From assembly GCA_964106915.2 (NCBI GenBank), contig OZ066915.1: a stretch of DNA of 64,000 nt; one strand, written 5' to 3'. The first letter of the stretch is position 1. Each line of letters begins with the position of its first letter. Below the pieces are notes generated by a model. That model saw nothing but the letters and a program-made list of their open reading frames with translations. It ran no database searches and was not told the DNA's origin. Both the position numbers and the translations under genes were made by a program. Origin of the DNA: Podarcis gaigeae. Its lineage: Eukaryota. Shown one piece after another: positions 1 to 12,095 of the stretch.

Positions 1-708
1 TCGTCTTAACTGGGAAGCAGATTGACAAAGGGCTAGTCCACACTTTCACTTATGTCATGCATAGAAAGCATGGGTCCAAGCAGTTTCCTGCAGATTTCTG
101 CATGACCCACACTTTCAAGGCATGGGTCCAAGCAGTTTCCCCCTTGCCCCGCTCCTTTCCAATTGAAAATCTGCTCTTTAGCAGCAGGATGAGAGGAAGT
201 GTGGATAATCTGGGAGAGCGAGCTCACAAAGTAACCTTAGTAGTCTCTAGTTAAATGAGACAGCTCTGTGGTGTCCCCAGTTACAAAAACAATTCAGGAC
301 AATGTCCCTTATTTTAAACACAAACAAAGAAGAATGCCCAAAACAGAAAGGAGCAACATAGTGGAACTCAGAAGACAAAAAGTACTGTACTCCCATAGAA
401 ATGAAATGGCCTTTATGGTTTGCATTTTGCTGGAAGAAACCTATATTATCAGAATGTTCTGGCTGAAGGCAAAACATCCTTAACTATAACTAAAGTCACA
501 CAGGTGATGTTATCTGAATTAGAGGTGACAGACCATGGCAGGAAAGTCAAAGGAAAACCAGTACGTAAAACTAATTAACGCATCTTGCCCCCCCCACCCG
601 CCAGCATTGCACCTTCCACAGAAAAATTCTAAGAGTCTGTAAGGATTCGACATTTCCTTCTGATACAATCTGTATATGTATTTTTATGTAGGTAAGAATC
701 AAGTAGGT

Positions 709-846
709 AAGGTGTGGGGAACCCATGGTCCTTCTCCACACATTTCTAGACTACATGTCCTATCATCCTTGATCCTTAGTAATGTCAGCTGATGGTGATG
801 GGAGTTGGAATCCATCATCTGGAGGGTCCGAGGTTCCCCACCCCTG
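709..846. mobile_element. Decayed ~135-bp palindromic hAT-type MITE (same family as 61651-61786)
   Basis: Ends gtggggaac...gttccccacccctg; internal arms catcc/gatgggagttg match the intact copy at 61651. Confidence 0.65.
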
Positions 847-1064
847 AAGCAGAAGGCATATATTTAAAATTAAAGATGTGTGTGTCTTAGGATGGAGGTG
901 TGTGTGCATGTATATACATGCAGTTTTCTTCTTAAACCCTAACTTGATCACCATCTAAGAGAATGTAATAAAGGCTTGCTTTGCTCTGTACTTTGGTAGC
1001 TGCTATCTCATAACATGCTTTCCCATGTACTTCTTCATGCAGTGCATTGTTAAACAATGAAACA

Positions 1065-1328
1065 GGAGGCAGTGATGGGCAAAATGTTGGACAGCTTTTG
1101 AAGAGGATTAGACAGAGTTCATGGAGGATGCTATCAGTGGCTACTAGCCATGATGGCTACTAGCTGTGCCTCCACTGCTGGAGACAAAATACTTCTGAAT
1201 ACCAGCTGCTGGAAACCACAGGCAGGGAGAGTGCCCTTGTCCTCCTTGTGAGTTTCCAACAGGCGTCTGGGTGGCCACTGTGAGAACAGAATGTTGGATT
1301 AGATGGGCCAGAAGGCTCTTCTTATGTT
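1065..1328 (+). mobile_element. CR1-type LINE 3' fragment
   Basis: gaggattagaca..ttcatggagga..ctatcagtggctactagccatgatgg...ccactgtgagaacagaatgttggattagatgggcca...ctcttcttatgtt resembles squamate CR1 3' ends (recalled, not searched). Confidence 0.55.
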
Positions 1329-1879
1329 TGCATCAGACCCTTAAAAGTCTGCAGTTCACACATTAGATGGGGAACAGATCCGCAGCAACTCTAAGGAATA
1401 TAAGCCCAGCTCTTTCAACTCCCAGACCTGTACTCTGTTACACTGGATGTCCCTGCAAGCATTCTATTATGGGTACTTCACAATACCAAGAAATAGACAA
1501 CCTTATAAAAAACTTAGCAAACTGTGATTCCCAGCGGCCTTTCATGAGGTTGTAGCTGGTTCCATTGGTTCCGTATCTGCGCTTCCTAGTTTCATATTCA
1601 TAACAGGTCGGACCTAGCAGAAGCCAGTGCGACAGCTCCCACTAGTGCAATGTCCTGCAGTGCAATGCCTCCTGCTCCGGAGTGTGGGGAGAACCCCCAG
1701 AATAGTGCAGGCGGGGGGTTGGGGAGAGAAAGACGCGAGAAAAGGCGGCATATAAATGCAACAAGTACACAAATTATAAAGAAGCACAAAGGAAACCCAA
1801 GCGCAGGCAGGAAAAAAATGCTCTTCCATATTTGGAGCAGTTCAGCTCCGGCTGGTCTTCAAGTGCGAGAGGTACGTGC

Positions 1880-2012
1880 CATAGAATCACAGAACTGTAG
1901 AGTTCGATCCAGAGGGTCATCTACTCCAACCCCTGCAGTAATATTTTGCTCCCCGCGGAACTTGCACCCAGGACCCCCTGAGATCAAGAGCCTCAGGTTC
2001 TATTGACTGAGC
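1880..2012 (-). mobile_element. Short tRNA-headed SINE with CR1-like tail
   Basis: Reverse complement begins gctcagtcaatagaacctgaggctcttgatctcaggg (tRNA-like head) and ends ...ttctgtgattctatg (CR1-like tail). Confidence 0.5.
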
Positions 2013-2182
2013 AACCGGGCAGCATCTTCTAACAGCTCTACGACCCGTCATGACTCCCAGACATGCTCCCTAGTCCCCATCAAAGCTGAGTGGAGATGCA
2101 CGAATATTGGCGAGGAGAACGTCCAAAATATCATTGACGGCGCGGCGGCGCTGATACTGAGCTCGGGCAGCGTTTTGGTGCC

Positions 2183-2198
2183 CTCGCGCATGCGCGAG
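2183..2198. promoter_or_regulatory. NRF1 binding site (perfect palindrome CTCGCGCATGCGCGAG)
   Basis: Contains GCGCATGCGC; a second NRF1-like GCGCGTGCGCA at 2308-2318. Confidence 0.7.
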
Positions 2199-2383
2199 CG
2201 AGGAAAAGCCGCGAGGCAAAACAAGCACAGCGGGCAAAAGTGGAGCCGTGCCTTTGCGGTGGGCGGAGGAGGAGGATGATAATATGGTGGCCTGGTTGGT
2301 CCTTTCGGCGCGTGCGCACTGCGGTGTTTGTGTATTCTGGCTGCGCGGTGGCGGCAGCGTCGGCGGCTCCGGGGGAGGGGGGG

Positions 2384-2394
2384 AAGATGGCGGC
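2384..2394 (+). promoter_or_regulatory. YY1 motif overlapping the start codon (AAGATGGCGGC)
   Basis: Exact YY1 consensus, doubling as a strong Kozak context. Confidence 0.6.
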
Positions 2395-2510
2395 GTCCTC
2401 GCTGGAGCAGAAACTGTCCCGCTTGGAGGCCAAGCTGAAGCAGGAGAACAGGGAGGCCCGGAGGCGCATCGACCTCAACTTGGACATCAGTCCGGCCCGG
2501 ACTCGGCCTA
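2387..2510 (+). CDS. MAP2K7: MAP2K7 coding exon 1 (coiled coil, JNK docking site D1)
   Basis: MAASSLEQKLSRLEAKLKQENREARRRIDLNLDISPARTRP; donor A|gtaagg; 124 nt, phase 1. Confidence 0.98.
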
Positions 2511-5408
2511 GTAAGGGAGGCTTTGAGGGGGGAAACGGGGGCGGCGGCGGCGGCAGGGGAGGCTCCGCGGAAGGCCCCCCCCCCCTGCTTGGGCGACTAA
2601 CACGGGCCCGCCTGGGCAGGAGCCCCGGGGCCGGAGGGATGCGGGCGGGGATGGGAAGAGCCGAGCTGCCCCGGAGAGGGGCCGGTAGGGAAAGGTCCTC
2701 CCGGAGAAGCGAAGGGGTCGGGAAACCCGGGGCGCGGAAACAAGGGGGCTCTTGTTTACCACGGAGCCTGGGGGAGGCGGAGGCCCAAGGCCAGAACACA
2801 CCGGGGCAGGGAGAAAGAAGACCCAGGGGAAAGGTAAAGAATCCAGTGGGGAAGGGACTTGGAGGAAGGCGTGGGCGTGGGGGGCGGGGAAGAGTTCGAG
2901 AAGGAAGAAACATGTAGGGAACAGAGTTGGGACCTGGGACCCAGTGCCCGGGCCGTGATCTGCGTGTGGGTTTTTATAGGAGGACTCAGGGTGGAAGGAG
3001 AAGAAATGAGTGTAGCAGTAGGGGGCACCGACAGGAGGTCATTGGGGACCTTAGGTTAATCGATCTTCCTGGGGGTGGGAAACCACCTGTGTGTTGAGCA
3101 TCTGATGTGATGGCATTAGTGGACCGTGGTTCTTTGAGATTTTATTTAAAAATGAGGACAGTACTTAGAGCTCAGAGTTGCTTTCGTGGGGCCAAGAGGA
3201 GTTACCATGTACTGTATTCTGATTAGAAAGATTGATATACAAGGAGTTGTGCTGCAACTGTTATACTGGAGGAAGTAAAAGTGGATTTAGGATCCCCCAA
3301 TTTCCACATTATAACTATGTTTTTAAAGTTAGGGAAGTCTAAGCAACTGCTCACACCCTGCAGTGGAGAGGGAGGAGGGGTGGGTTAGGAATACTATGAA
3401 ATATTGGTATACTTTGCTCAGAAATGTCCCCAAGTGTATGCATCTCTAGATCAGGTTCCTGTCATTTGCTGGACTAGTATCTTTTTGTAAACAAAGAAGC
3501 TCACAAGTGCTCTTTATTTAAGTTCTAACTTAAATACAGGAAAGTTCCATATTGTGTATATAGCAGTGCTTCCAAAATTTATATGGTTTCCCCACCCCAT
3601 CTTGGATTAAAATTGAATGCATCTTTCACCCTATACTCAGATGTGTGTCAGGGACCCTTCTTGTGTCATAGTCTAGTTAATAGTGCATCTTGGTTTACTG
3701 TTTCTGTTTAGTTATCTTCATTGGTGTTTCTAGGAAGACCAAGCACTTGCCAGTTGTGCAGTGGACTATGGCAAGGACTTACCGTACCTGTAGCCTCCAT
3801 ATGCTGAGGGATATAGACAGGTGTATGCATCCAATATGGTGACTTAATTCTTTCAAGACACACTTCAGCCTCTCTCATGACACATTAGATGCTCCAGCAT
3901 GCAGTTTAGGAATCACTGATGGCAAAATGTGAATATATTCACTTAAGAAGAGAGCTGAGGGAGGAACTTACTTATTTGGCATATTTATAGGCCTCCCTTT
4001 AATAAAGTTGTCAGGGTTGTTCACAGCCAGAAAAGCTCAGTCAGTAGAGTAGAGTATGGATCAAAACCTACAAACTTCAGCTACTGGTTTTGAACAGACT
4101 AAAATTTTCATGATCAACCAACAGCCCAAGTTTTTATGCTTACTATAGCTGTTTGACCCATATTTTGAGATACATAGCTGAAATTTAACATGGAATTAAT
4201 AATTTTTTGTACCACTGAAGGATTTCCCCCTGTAATTGTATTGTATTGCTATTTGTTAACTTGGCACACAGGACAAAATATTAGAAAGTGTGTTGATAAC
4301 ATGTATAAGTTTGTCATAAGCAACATAGAATGTATATTACAATGATAGTGACATTGAAAAGATTTAGAATATTTTAAAATCAGATTTCTAATCGTTGGGC
4401 AGTAGATTATTCTAGCTGTATAGTCTGTCTCTGTGAATAAGGCACTTACCTGTGTGGCCAAGGTGAAATTGCCAGGGCAAGAGTGAAATGAACAACAAAT
4501 CTAAATCATAATTTTTTTCTGACAAGCCAATGGCTTAATATGTTGATCAGAGTACCTCTGATAGTCATTCTATGGTTGGAGCAAATCTCCAATTATAACA
4601 ACTGAGACTTAAGCATGCACAGCTCAAAGTTTTGGTGCAGACACAGGGCTCTTACCTGTGCAGGTAGGTAGACTCTGCCCCATTCAGTATAGTGCCTGGG
4701 ATGTCTCTGTCCCTACATTTGCCTCTACTGCATGCATTTGCCTGCTGCTGGAGCAGAATCCAGAAGTAGCTATGTCACTGAGAATGGGAGAAGATTTCCC
4801 TTTAAAGTCAGTTAGAGGAGGAAAAATGTGAAGCTCATCTGTTCCTCACTGCTTTTAAAGTTGAATTACCTCTGGAGCATGGGAGCTATTTCAACACTGT
4901 CTGGACCTGCAGTGCCATGATAATGTGCACAAACAAACATCACGTGAGTGGATGCTTATTTATTAATTTTGATGGTTTATGTCCCACCTTTCAATCAAAC
5001 AGTTTTCAAGGCAACTTACAAGCAGGAGGTAACAATACAACCCCCCACCCCCAATTCACACATACAATCTGGCAGCTGCTGGATGGGACCAGAGCTTGCT
5101 TTTCATCAGCTCTCTAGTCTCAGGGCAACTGGCAATTGAAGTTGAGTGTTCTTTCTTGAAGCAAGGGGGAGGGAGGAAGCAAATTCCGGCAGCTGCTCAT
5201 TCTCTGGCTGATGAATGGGGCCAGACTGGTCTCCCTTTTGCCTTACTTCCTGTGAGGCAGGGGGTGCAGGTTCCCAGTGGCCCTGCTGTCCTGGCCAGAG
5301 AGAGAATGGGCTTCTCTTCTGTTTTCTGGTACTTGTATTACATGATCTCTGCCGAGATTGAAATTGGAATGTGGTTGTTTCTTATCCTGGTGGTGTGGGA
5401 AGTAATTA

Positions 5409-6248
5409 CCGTATTTTTCGCTCTATAACACACACCTGACCATAACACGCACATAGTTTTTAGAGGAGGAAAACAAGAAAAAAAAATCTGAATGAAACAG
5501 TGGATGTATCATTTTTGTGCTTCATGCTGTGGCCACAGACATGTGATTTGATGGTGAGTTTGGGGTAGCCCAATGCAAAAATCCTGAGAATCCATGTGGA
5601 TCTGTGCTTTGTAACCACGTTTTTGCACCATTGTGGCCCCAGGCAACAGTGGGTGCATGATTTCTTTGGTGCAGGCTGTAGCCATGGACATGCTATGTGA
5701 TCTGATGGTGAATTTGGAGTGACCCAATGCAAAGATCCTGAGGATCCATGTGGATCCGTGCTTTGTAACCACGTTTTAAGTGGGGAGGGAAGGAAAAACA
5801 CAGAAGGGACAAGGAGCACGAGAGGGGTGTGCGGAGAAGCAGCTGGCTAACAATGCAGGAGAGGGGTTTAACGGGAGGGAGGAAAGGAAGGCAAAAGTCC
5901 CCCCCAAGCCAGCCCCCCTCTCCCTCCCTCCCTCCCTCCCTCCCACCTGCATGTTTTTCGGCTGCCTGCGAGTCCCTAGAATGCTGGATGCAGCACCAGC
6001 ACCGGAGCATGGAGAGGAGGAGGTGGTGGCTGTCGGTTGCGCTCCTAGCAGACGGAACCTGAGCCGGGTGGGCTGGAGCCTGCGCGCAGTGTGACTAGGA
6101 AGGAATTAGAAGGAATTTTTGCCTGATTTTGCCCCTGCACTCGGGCCAGTCGGCTCCAGGGACCACACATTTGCTCAATAACACGCACAGACATTTCCCC
6201 TTACTTTTTAGGAGAAAAAATGTGAGTGTTATAGAGAGAAAAATACGG
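5409..6248. mobile_element. Non-autonomous Tc1/mariner-superfamily (pogo/Tc2-like) DNA transposon
   Basis: TIRs ccgtatttttcgctctataacac / gtgttatagagagaaaaatacgg; TA on the left, TC on the right; no transposase ORF. Confidence 0.8.
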
Positions 6249-6793
6249 TCTATTATCCCATGTACCCACGTGGTTCTTGTATCTACATAGTACTGGGGTT
6301 TTCTGAATCCAGGATGTAGACAAGCAGTTCCAATAGTGTAATGCTAATATTTGAATTGTTCTTTAATATCCAATAAAGAACAAAGAGCAGATTCAGTTTT
6401 GAGCCACTTTTCAAATCAGCTCACCTGGTGTAAGATGTCGGGGGGGGGATGGGAAGGGATGTTTTAGCTCCTACAACTAGTTGTGGGTTTAATGTGAGTG
6501 TAATGCTTTCTGGTTCCACTTTCCATTGTGGTTTTGTGGCTTGGATGTAGCTTCTTTCAATCCTGAGTCTAGAAGCTGGAAGTGGAGATTACACTGTGTA
6601 TGTTACCATAGGTTAGTAGGTTATGTGTGTGTAATTAGTTAGGGGAGGTTTCTGATAACCCTTCCATGTATTCAGAGACTATATGAGGAGAATTGTGGGG
6701 CTGCATGAGCTAATCCTGGCTCTATTGCAGTATCTAGCAGCCCTGTACCCCCCACTTCACTATGTGAAAAGAGGCTTGCTGTGCATACTGAAA

Positions 6794-6830
<37 letters not shown>

Positions 6831-6920
6831 CAGTAGTTATTTATTAGCTACCCATCTGACTGGGTTACCCAACACTCTGGGAGGCTTCCAACAAAATATG
6901 AAACCACAGTAAAACATCAG
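6794..6920 (-). repeat. (ATT)n microsatellite plus 3' tip of an L2-type LINE
   Basis: (TAT)n followed by cccatctgactgggttaccc..actctgggaggcttcca, similar to 58062-58103. Confidence 0.7.
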
Positions 6921-8641
6921 TCGTGTGCATCAAGGTCCTCCACATAAGTTGGGATCTTGATGCACAGATATTGGTATATTTGTAGAGCCCCTTCTCCTGT
7001 GTGCTAATTGCAGGTGAGTGGGCCTTCCTGCTATGTAACTGGCAAGAGGCAATTCCTGCTCATGTGGTTCTGCAAACTCCTTAACTTTGACCACATGGGG
7101 AGAGTCATTGAACTAACCCCCCACCCAATTGAACAACCATTTCTGATCTAGGCTTTCTAAATATTTATTCAATGTACTTCTGTTTAGTTCATATTCTGTC
7201 TTTCTGAAATATTGTATGCTTTTCACACATGTGCGTGAGGGAGATAGTGTTCATGAATGCCTAATAATGTACCCCATTAACCTTAAGAATGTTTACAAAA
7301 TATTTCACAAGAGTGACAAGAGTCATGGTCCTTCCCTAATTAAGAAGCATTTCTTCAGTAAGAATAGATGCTACCTTCTTATATGGTATAATGGAACTAG
7401 AACCAAGGTCTGTATCCTTTCTACTTTGTCGGATGATCCATAGCTATCTAACAGAGAAAATCTAATTTACCAGATCGTAGAGGTAGAGGAGGTTTTGTAT
7501 TCATTTAAAAAGGACAAGACATACACTTGGTTTCTCTAGTGGAATGAGACAAGGGTAGTGTAGGCGAGAGATTAAAAGGAGAAACAAAAGTTCAGATATG
7601 CTTTATGGAGAATCCAGATGCACCTCCAGGATTTTTGTTTTACACACTAGCCTCAAACTTAAGTGTAATGTGAGTCTTTCAGTATGCTTTATGCAGAATA
7701 AAAAGTTTTTATTGAAGGTGACTTTTCTGTTTTGTTCTGGGTAGTCCACAAAGGCAACAAAAAGCTATTATGTACTTGATGTTTTTTGCCATACTCTCAA
7801 GCTTCTGATATAAAACTCCTGAATTCTACACTGCACTTTGATTCACATTTCAGGCTATCCCATCTCATTTTGCATGTGGGTATCCTTTTAGAGAATGAAA
7901 TTTGAGAATGACTTATGTGGCCATGTCTTCATAATTGCAGGCTTTTTGTAAGAAGATGTTAATAGTAGTTTCTTGTAGAATATGTGTGACTTCTGGTTTG
8001 TGCTGTTGGGTGCTTATACGCCAGATGTAAATAAACATGATGAAAATGGAGTGTTCGAAAGTTGCCTTGCTGAAATTAACTCTTTTAAAGCAGATCATGT
8101 TAATCCATTTTAACTTAATAATGACAATTTAAGACACCTTTTAAAATTATTAGCATGAGGCAAGTAGAATTTTGACAAGTTGCTACATTGGTATAGACGT
8201 TTCATACTTATAATTCTTGTAACAATGCTCTTGTGTAAAAACACTTTTCAGTGATAATGTGGTCATAGCAACTCTATAAAGTTGTATGTACCACTTTTAA
8301 GAAAGGGGCTGTAGTTTAGAGAGATTTACTTCCCAGTGTCTCTTAGTGAACCCATGACTAAAATGAGGGGGAACGTAAAATGATGACTGAGACATGGCTT
8401 CTTGATTTATTTTATTAAGATGGTGAGGATCAGTTCTTGTTTATTCAGGCTCTTACTTGCAAAAACAGAGTGGAAATTGGGATTTATGATACATTTACAA
8501 TTAATATTCACAATAAATGGAGGCTTGAACTGGTTTTGAAGAGTATAAAAGTCCAAGAGAATATATTTGGAAGTACACCTAGGTTTTTAATGTGAATGAT
8601 GCCATCATTGTGACAGAAGTCCTACCAAGTAATCCTTATGG

Positions 8642-9118
8642 CACAGTTTTTCAACCATTTTGGTCCATGGCTCCCTTGACCAACTACATTCTTTGTGCAA
8701 TACCCCTGTGGGGCTCAGGAGCGCAGTTATGTCATCCCTTGCCTGCCGAGCCGGCAGCTCCCTTGTGGAGGGCTCCCTCAGCCTCCTCTCTTCTCCCCAT
8801 GGGAGTCCTCTGGGCATCTGCAGCTGCTGCCCCTGGTCTCTGAGCTGCCTCCCCTGCCCCAAAGAGAGGTGCCTCCTCTCACTGTTCCACAGGGGCCTGG
8901 GAAGCACGCCCTGGTCAGCTCCAGACACACCATTCACCTGGGAGCTTGTAGCCAAGGCTGCTGCAACAAACAACTGTGCAGACCTTGTGAGACAGAGATG
9001 TGAGAAAGCATCAGATGAAGGGAGGGAAAGAGGGACAGAGGCCAGTATTGCCCATGGCACCCCTGAACATCATTCAAGGCACCCCAGGGTGCCATGGCAC
9101 ACTGATTGAAAACCACTG
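8642..9118. mobile_element. Non-autonomous hAT (Charlie-like) element
   Basis: Ends cacagtttttcaac / attgaaaaccactg; 8-bp flanks ccttatgg / tcttatgc (6/8 match). Confidence 0.7.
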
Positions 9119-9410
9119 TCTTATGCCTCAGTCTGCAAGAAGCAACACCAGAGAGCTTTTCATTGTATGTATATGATTTGATGTTATGAGCAGGTTTACT
9201 TTGTTTGCTGTTCATATTGCTTATAACATTATGTATATCAGTAAGCCAGTTAATTAACCTCCATGTGTTACCATGAACCAAAGCAAGGAGTTCATATCCT
9301 GTCTCAGATCTTGTTCCCTTTCAGGGCATGTAGTGGTGGTCCAACAGAATGAAAGAATAAATAAGGTGAAGGTTCAGAGAGTGGCGGTTTTCCTTTGATA
9401 AGCTAGAGTA

Positions 9411-9547
9411 CAGGTGGGGAACCTAAGGCCCTACAGAGGTTGTTGGAATCCAGTTCCCATCATCCCTGACAATTGGCAGTGCTGTCTGGGCCTCATGGGA
9501 GTTGGAAGTCTATTAACTTCTGGAGGACCCCAGGTCCTTCATCCCTG
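9411..9547. mobile_element. Decayed palindromic hAT-type MITE; further copies near 13460-13573, 17299-17438, 21228-21353, 55304-55410, 56262-56381, 60255-60355
   Basis: caggtggggaac...ttcccatcatccctgac...atgggagttgga...atccctg. Confidence 0.65.
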
Positions 9548-10618
9548 AGGTAGAGGCTGTTAGCAGAAGATACTGTTTTTATCAGTTGTCTTTTAATGTC
9601 ATTAGCTTTCAACAGCAGGAGCAATCATTTCTGCTTCTACTTCTTCGGGATCAACTAAACACCTTTTTTTACCTTTTATTTTTTCTAAGAGAATGGGCAT
9701 ATTTTATAACAAAAAAAGAAATTACGTGCATCAGTTGGGGTGGAAGGCTTTTAGAAAGCAATTTTCAAGGGGAAATGAAGAGAAGATATTAGCATTTGAG
9801 CACTTGGGTAAAAACTAGAACCTTTTGATAACTTAAAGTAGAAAATATTTCATGAGTTGCAGGGGCATAAGGTTTTGAATAAGGTGAGATGTTGCTTATG
9901 AGAGGTCTGTTTAACATAAATAGAATCAAGGAGCATAATTTATGTTATCGTCTTTAGATTATCCTAGTCACCTCTTATGGTTTAAAATGCTGTTAGTAAA
10001 CATCATTTTGAGAGTATAGCAAGATCATGGCCTTTAAAGCAAGTCTTTATACTGTGATCAGACCTTGGAACATCACAGATAAAAGGTTTCCTAGGCATCT
10101 AGGAATATGAAATATTTGAATGGCATTGGTGCCAAAAAGAAGTGGAGTTTGATGCACATAATATAGTCAGCCAGGTGCAATCTTGGAACATAGACATTTG
10201 ATGCTGACTTTGAAAAATTAGAGCTTTGCCCCTGGGTACTTGTACGTACATTTCATGTGTATCTATGATTGTGAAGCACTGGGCTAGATTGTTGATGAAG
10301 CCATAGTGAATGGGTTTTGCTTTCTGGAAGGAAGGAAGGCCATTGACCAGAACACTGCTGTGCAAGGGAATTGTTGGCTAACAGAAAAAGAACCATAGCT
10401 GTTTTTCATGTTAGAAGCGCTAGGGATGTGAAACCTGTGGAATTGATTCCTTACTGTTTGGTGCATCACATTTTCACCTTGTCTGTCCCCTTTGTTGGTT
10501 TCTTGCCACCTCCACTCTTTATCCTGTAATTGATTTGAATATGAGTTATTTTCATTTTGATGATTTGATTGTTTCTGTTGTGATTTATCGTGTTTTTTTC
10601 TTCCTTTTCCCAATCCAG

Positions 10619-10666
10619 TTATTGTGATCACTCTAAGCCCTGCTCCCGCTCCATCCCAACGTGCAG
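10619..10666 (+). CDS. MAP2K7: MAP2K7 alternative cassette exon 2 (gamma isoform)
   Basis: ccag|TT ATT GTG ATC ACT...CGT GCA G|gtacc; 48 nt, phase 1-1; encodes IIVITLSPAPAPSQRA as in mammalian MKK7gamma. Confidence 0.95.
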
Positions 10667-11986
10667 GTACCAGAACTTTTTATCATCGCAGCTTGGATTT
10701 CTTGCATCATTTATTTAATGCTTCCTTCAACTGCATAGAATTGCCACTTGTCTGCTTTTCTTCCAAGTGTGTGTCTGACCCTGCTTCCTTCCCCACTTTC
10801 GTATTCTCCTTTACTATTGATCTTGCCTTACTTGCCAAGACTGGCTAGGCAAAGCGGTATGTAAGGCCATGCATGAAAACATGTTTTGATTGTCCACAGC
10901 TGCAGTAGTTGCTTAGCACCTTCCTTTCCTGATGATGTCAAAGCACTTTCTGAAGACAGGTAACCATTAAATTTTCACTCTGATATTTTCCACCTTCTAT
11001 CTTCCACCTTCCACTTTAATGTGCCAGAGCCCTCAAGTGGCAAATGGCAGAAATTCATATTGCCATACATTTCCTTAGATTTTCCTGAGTGGAAAGGCAA
11101 TATCGAAATGCCAACCTGCATACAGCAAAATTAAGTAGGCTCTGCTTTTTGTGATGTGCAATTGCCTCTGAGGTAGAACCCAGTAGCAGACTGTCAGTGC
11201 TGTTGCACACTAGTTTGCTTTAGGGCAGAAAGTCAAGACTGTCCTTTTAGTCAAGGGCAGCTGCTGTAGGGATTTTAAGATGGGAACAGAGTAGCCTTCC
11301 TTAGAGTTGAGCAGGGCTCAGATTTCTATGAAGCTCCTAGTAGTGTCTGTTGCATCCCACAACGGTGCCAGACTATGTTTCTGATATAATCTCAGGAGGG
11401 CATATATTTATCTGTATTTGTTACCTTTGTATGCCTCTTTCCCCCAAAAGAATTTTGATTACTATTAACAGGTTTTCCATGCAGATTCTTGTCTAGGTAT
11501 CATTTGGTCCCAAATATGCTAAGCTTTAGAGATGGACCTAAATGAGCTATTTCAGACAATTCACTGGGGCTTTTATTGCACATGTTTTGGAGATGTGTGC
11601 TGTAAATATATAAATGCTACCTAAATAAGCTGTAATTGGATAATATAAGGTCAGGTGAGAGAGAGCTTTATTTTATTGTTTTAAGAACATCCATTAAACA
11701 GTTAATAAAATTCAGTGAAGCACAGATCTAATGCCATAGCCTACATGATATGGGGTGGGAGTCTACAGCAGAAATAAAGCTAGTTCCTCATTTTTTAGTT
11801 AGTTGCTGCTGTTGCATGGTGTGGAATCTTCCCTCCCCCTGCCTCATACAGCGAGCTGTCCTTGATCTTCTGGATGTTAAAATTATGCTCTGGCAGTTAA
11901 AAGGATGCTGTACTGTTAATATTGCTGTAGCAATATCTCTTACTAAGATTAATGAATTAATTAGGCTCTGGGCATATTGGTGCTTA

Positions 11987-12095
11987 TAGAATCATAGGAT
12001 TAAAACTGTAGAGTTGGAAAGGACCCTGAGGGTTATCTCGTCCAACCCCTTGCAATGCAGGAATCTCAACCAAAGCATCCATGGCAGATTGGACG
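11987..12095 (-). mobile_element. CR1-type LINE 3' tip
   Basis: atagaatcatag...gagttggaaaggaccctgagggttatctcgtccaacccc. Confidence 0.6.

Larger units (their letters stand above)
2100..2965. promoter_or_regulatory. MAP2K7: CpG island / MAP2K7 promoter and exon 1
   Basis: Dense CpG and high GC against a CpG-poor background; surrounds the start codon; reverse CCAAT (ATTGG) at 2106-2110. Confidence 0.9.

Noticed and set aside
68-140. 21-bp direct repeat gcatgggtccaagcagtttcc x2 (CRISPR-like spacing)
   Set aside because: Only two copies, vertebrate DNA, no cas genes; probably a MITE remnant or local duplication
2131-2913. 260-aa - strand ORF and the 225-aa + strand ORF running past exon 1
   Set aside because: Low-complexity Pro/Arg/Gly translations typical of stop-poor CpG islands; only 2387-2510 matches MAP2K7
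8592-9109. Several overlapping 80-150-aa ORFs
   Set aside because: Inside a GC-rich non-autonomous hAT element; no transposase motifs
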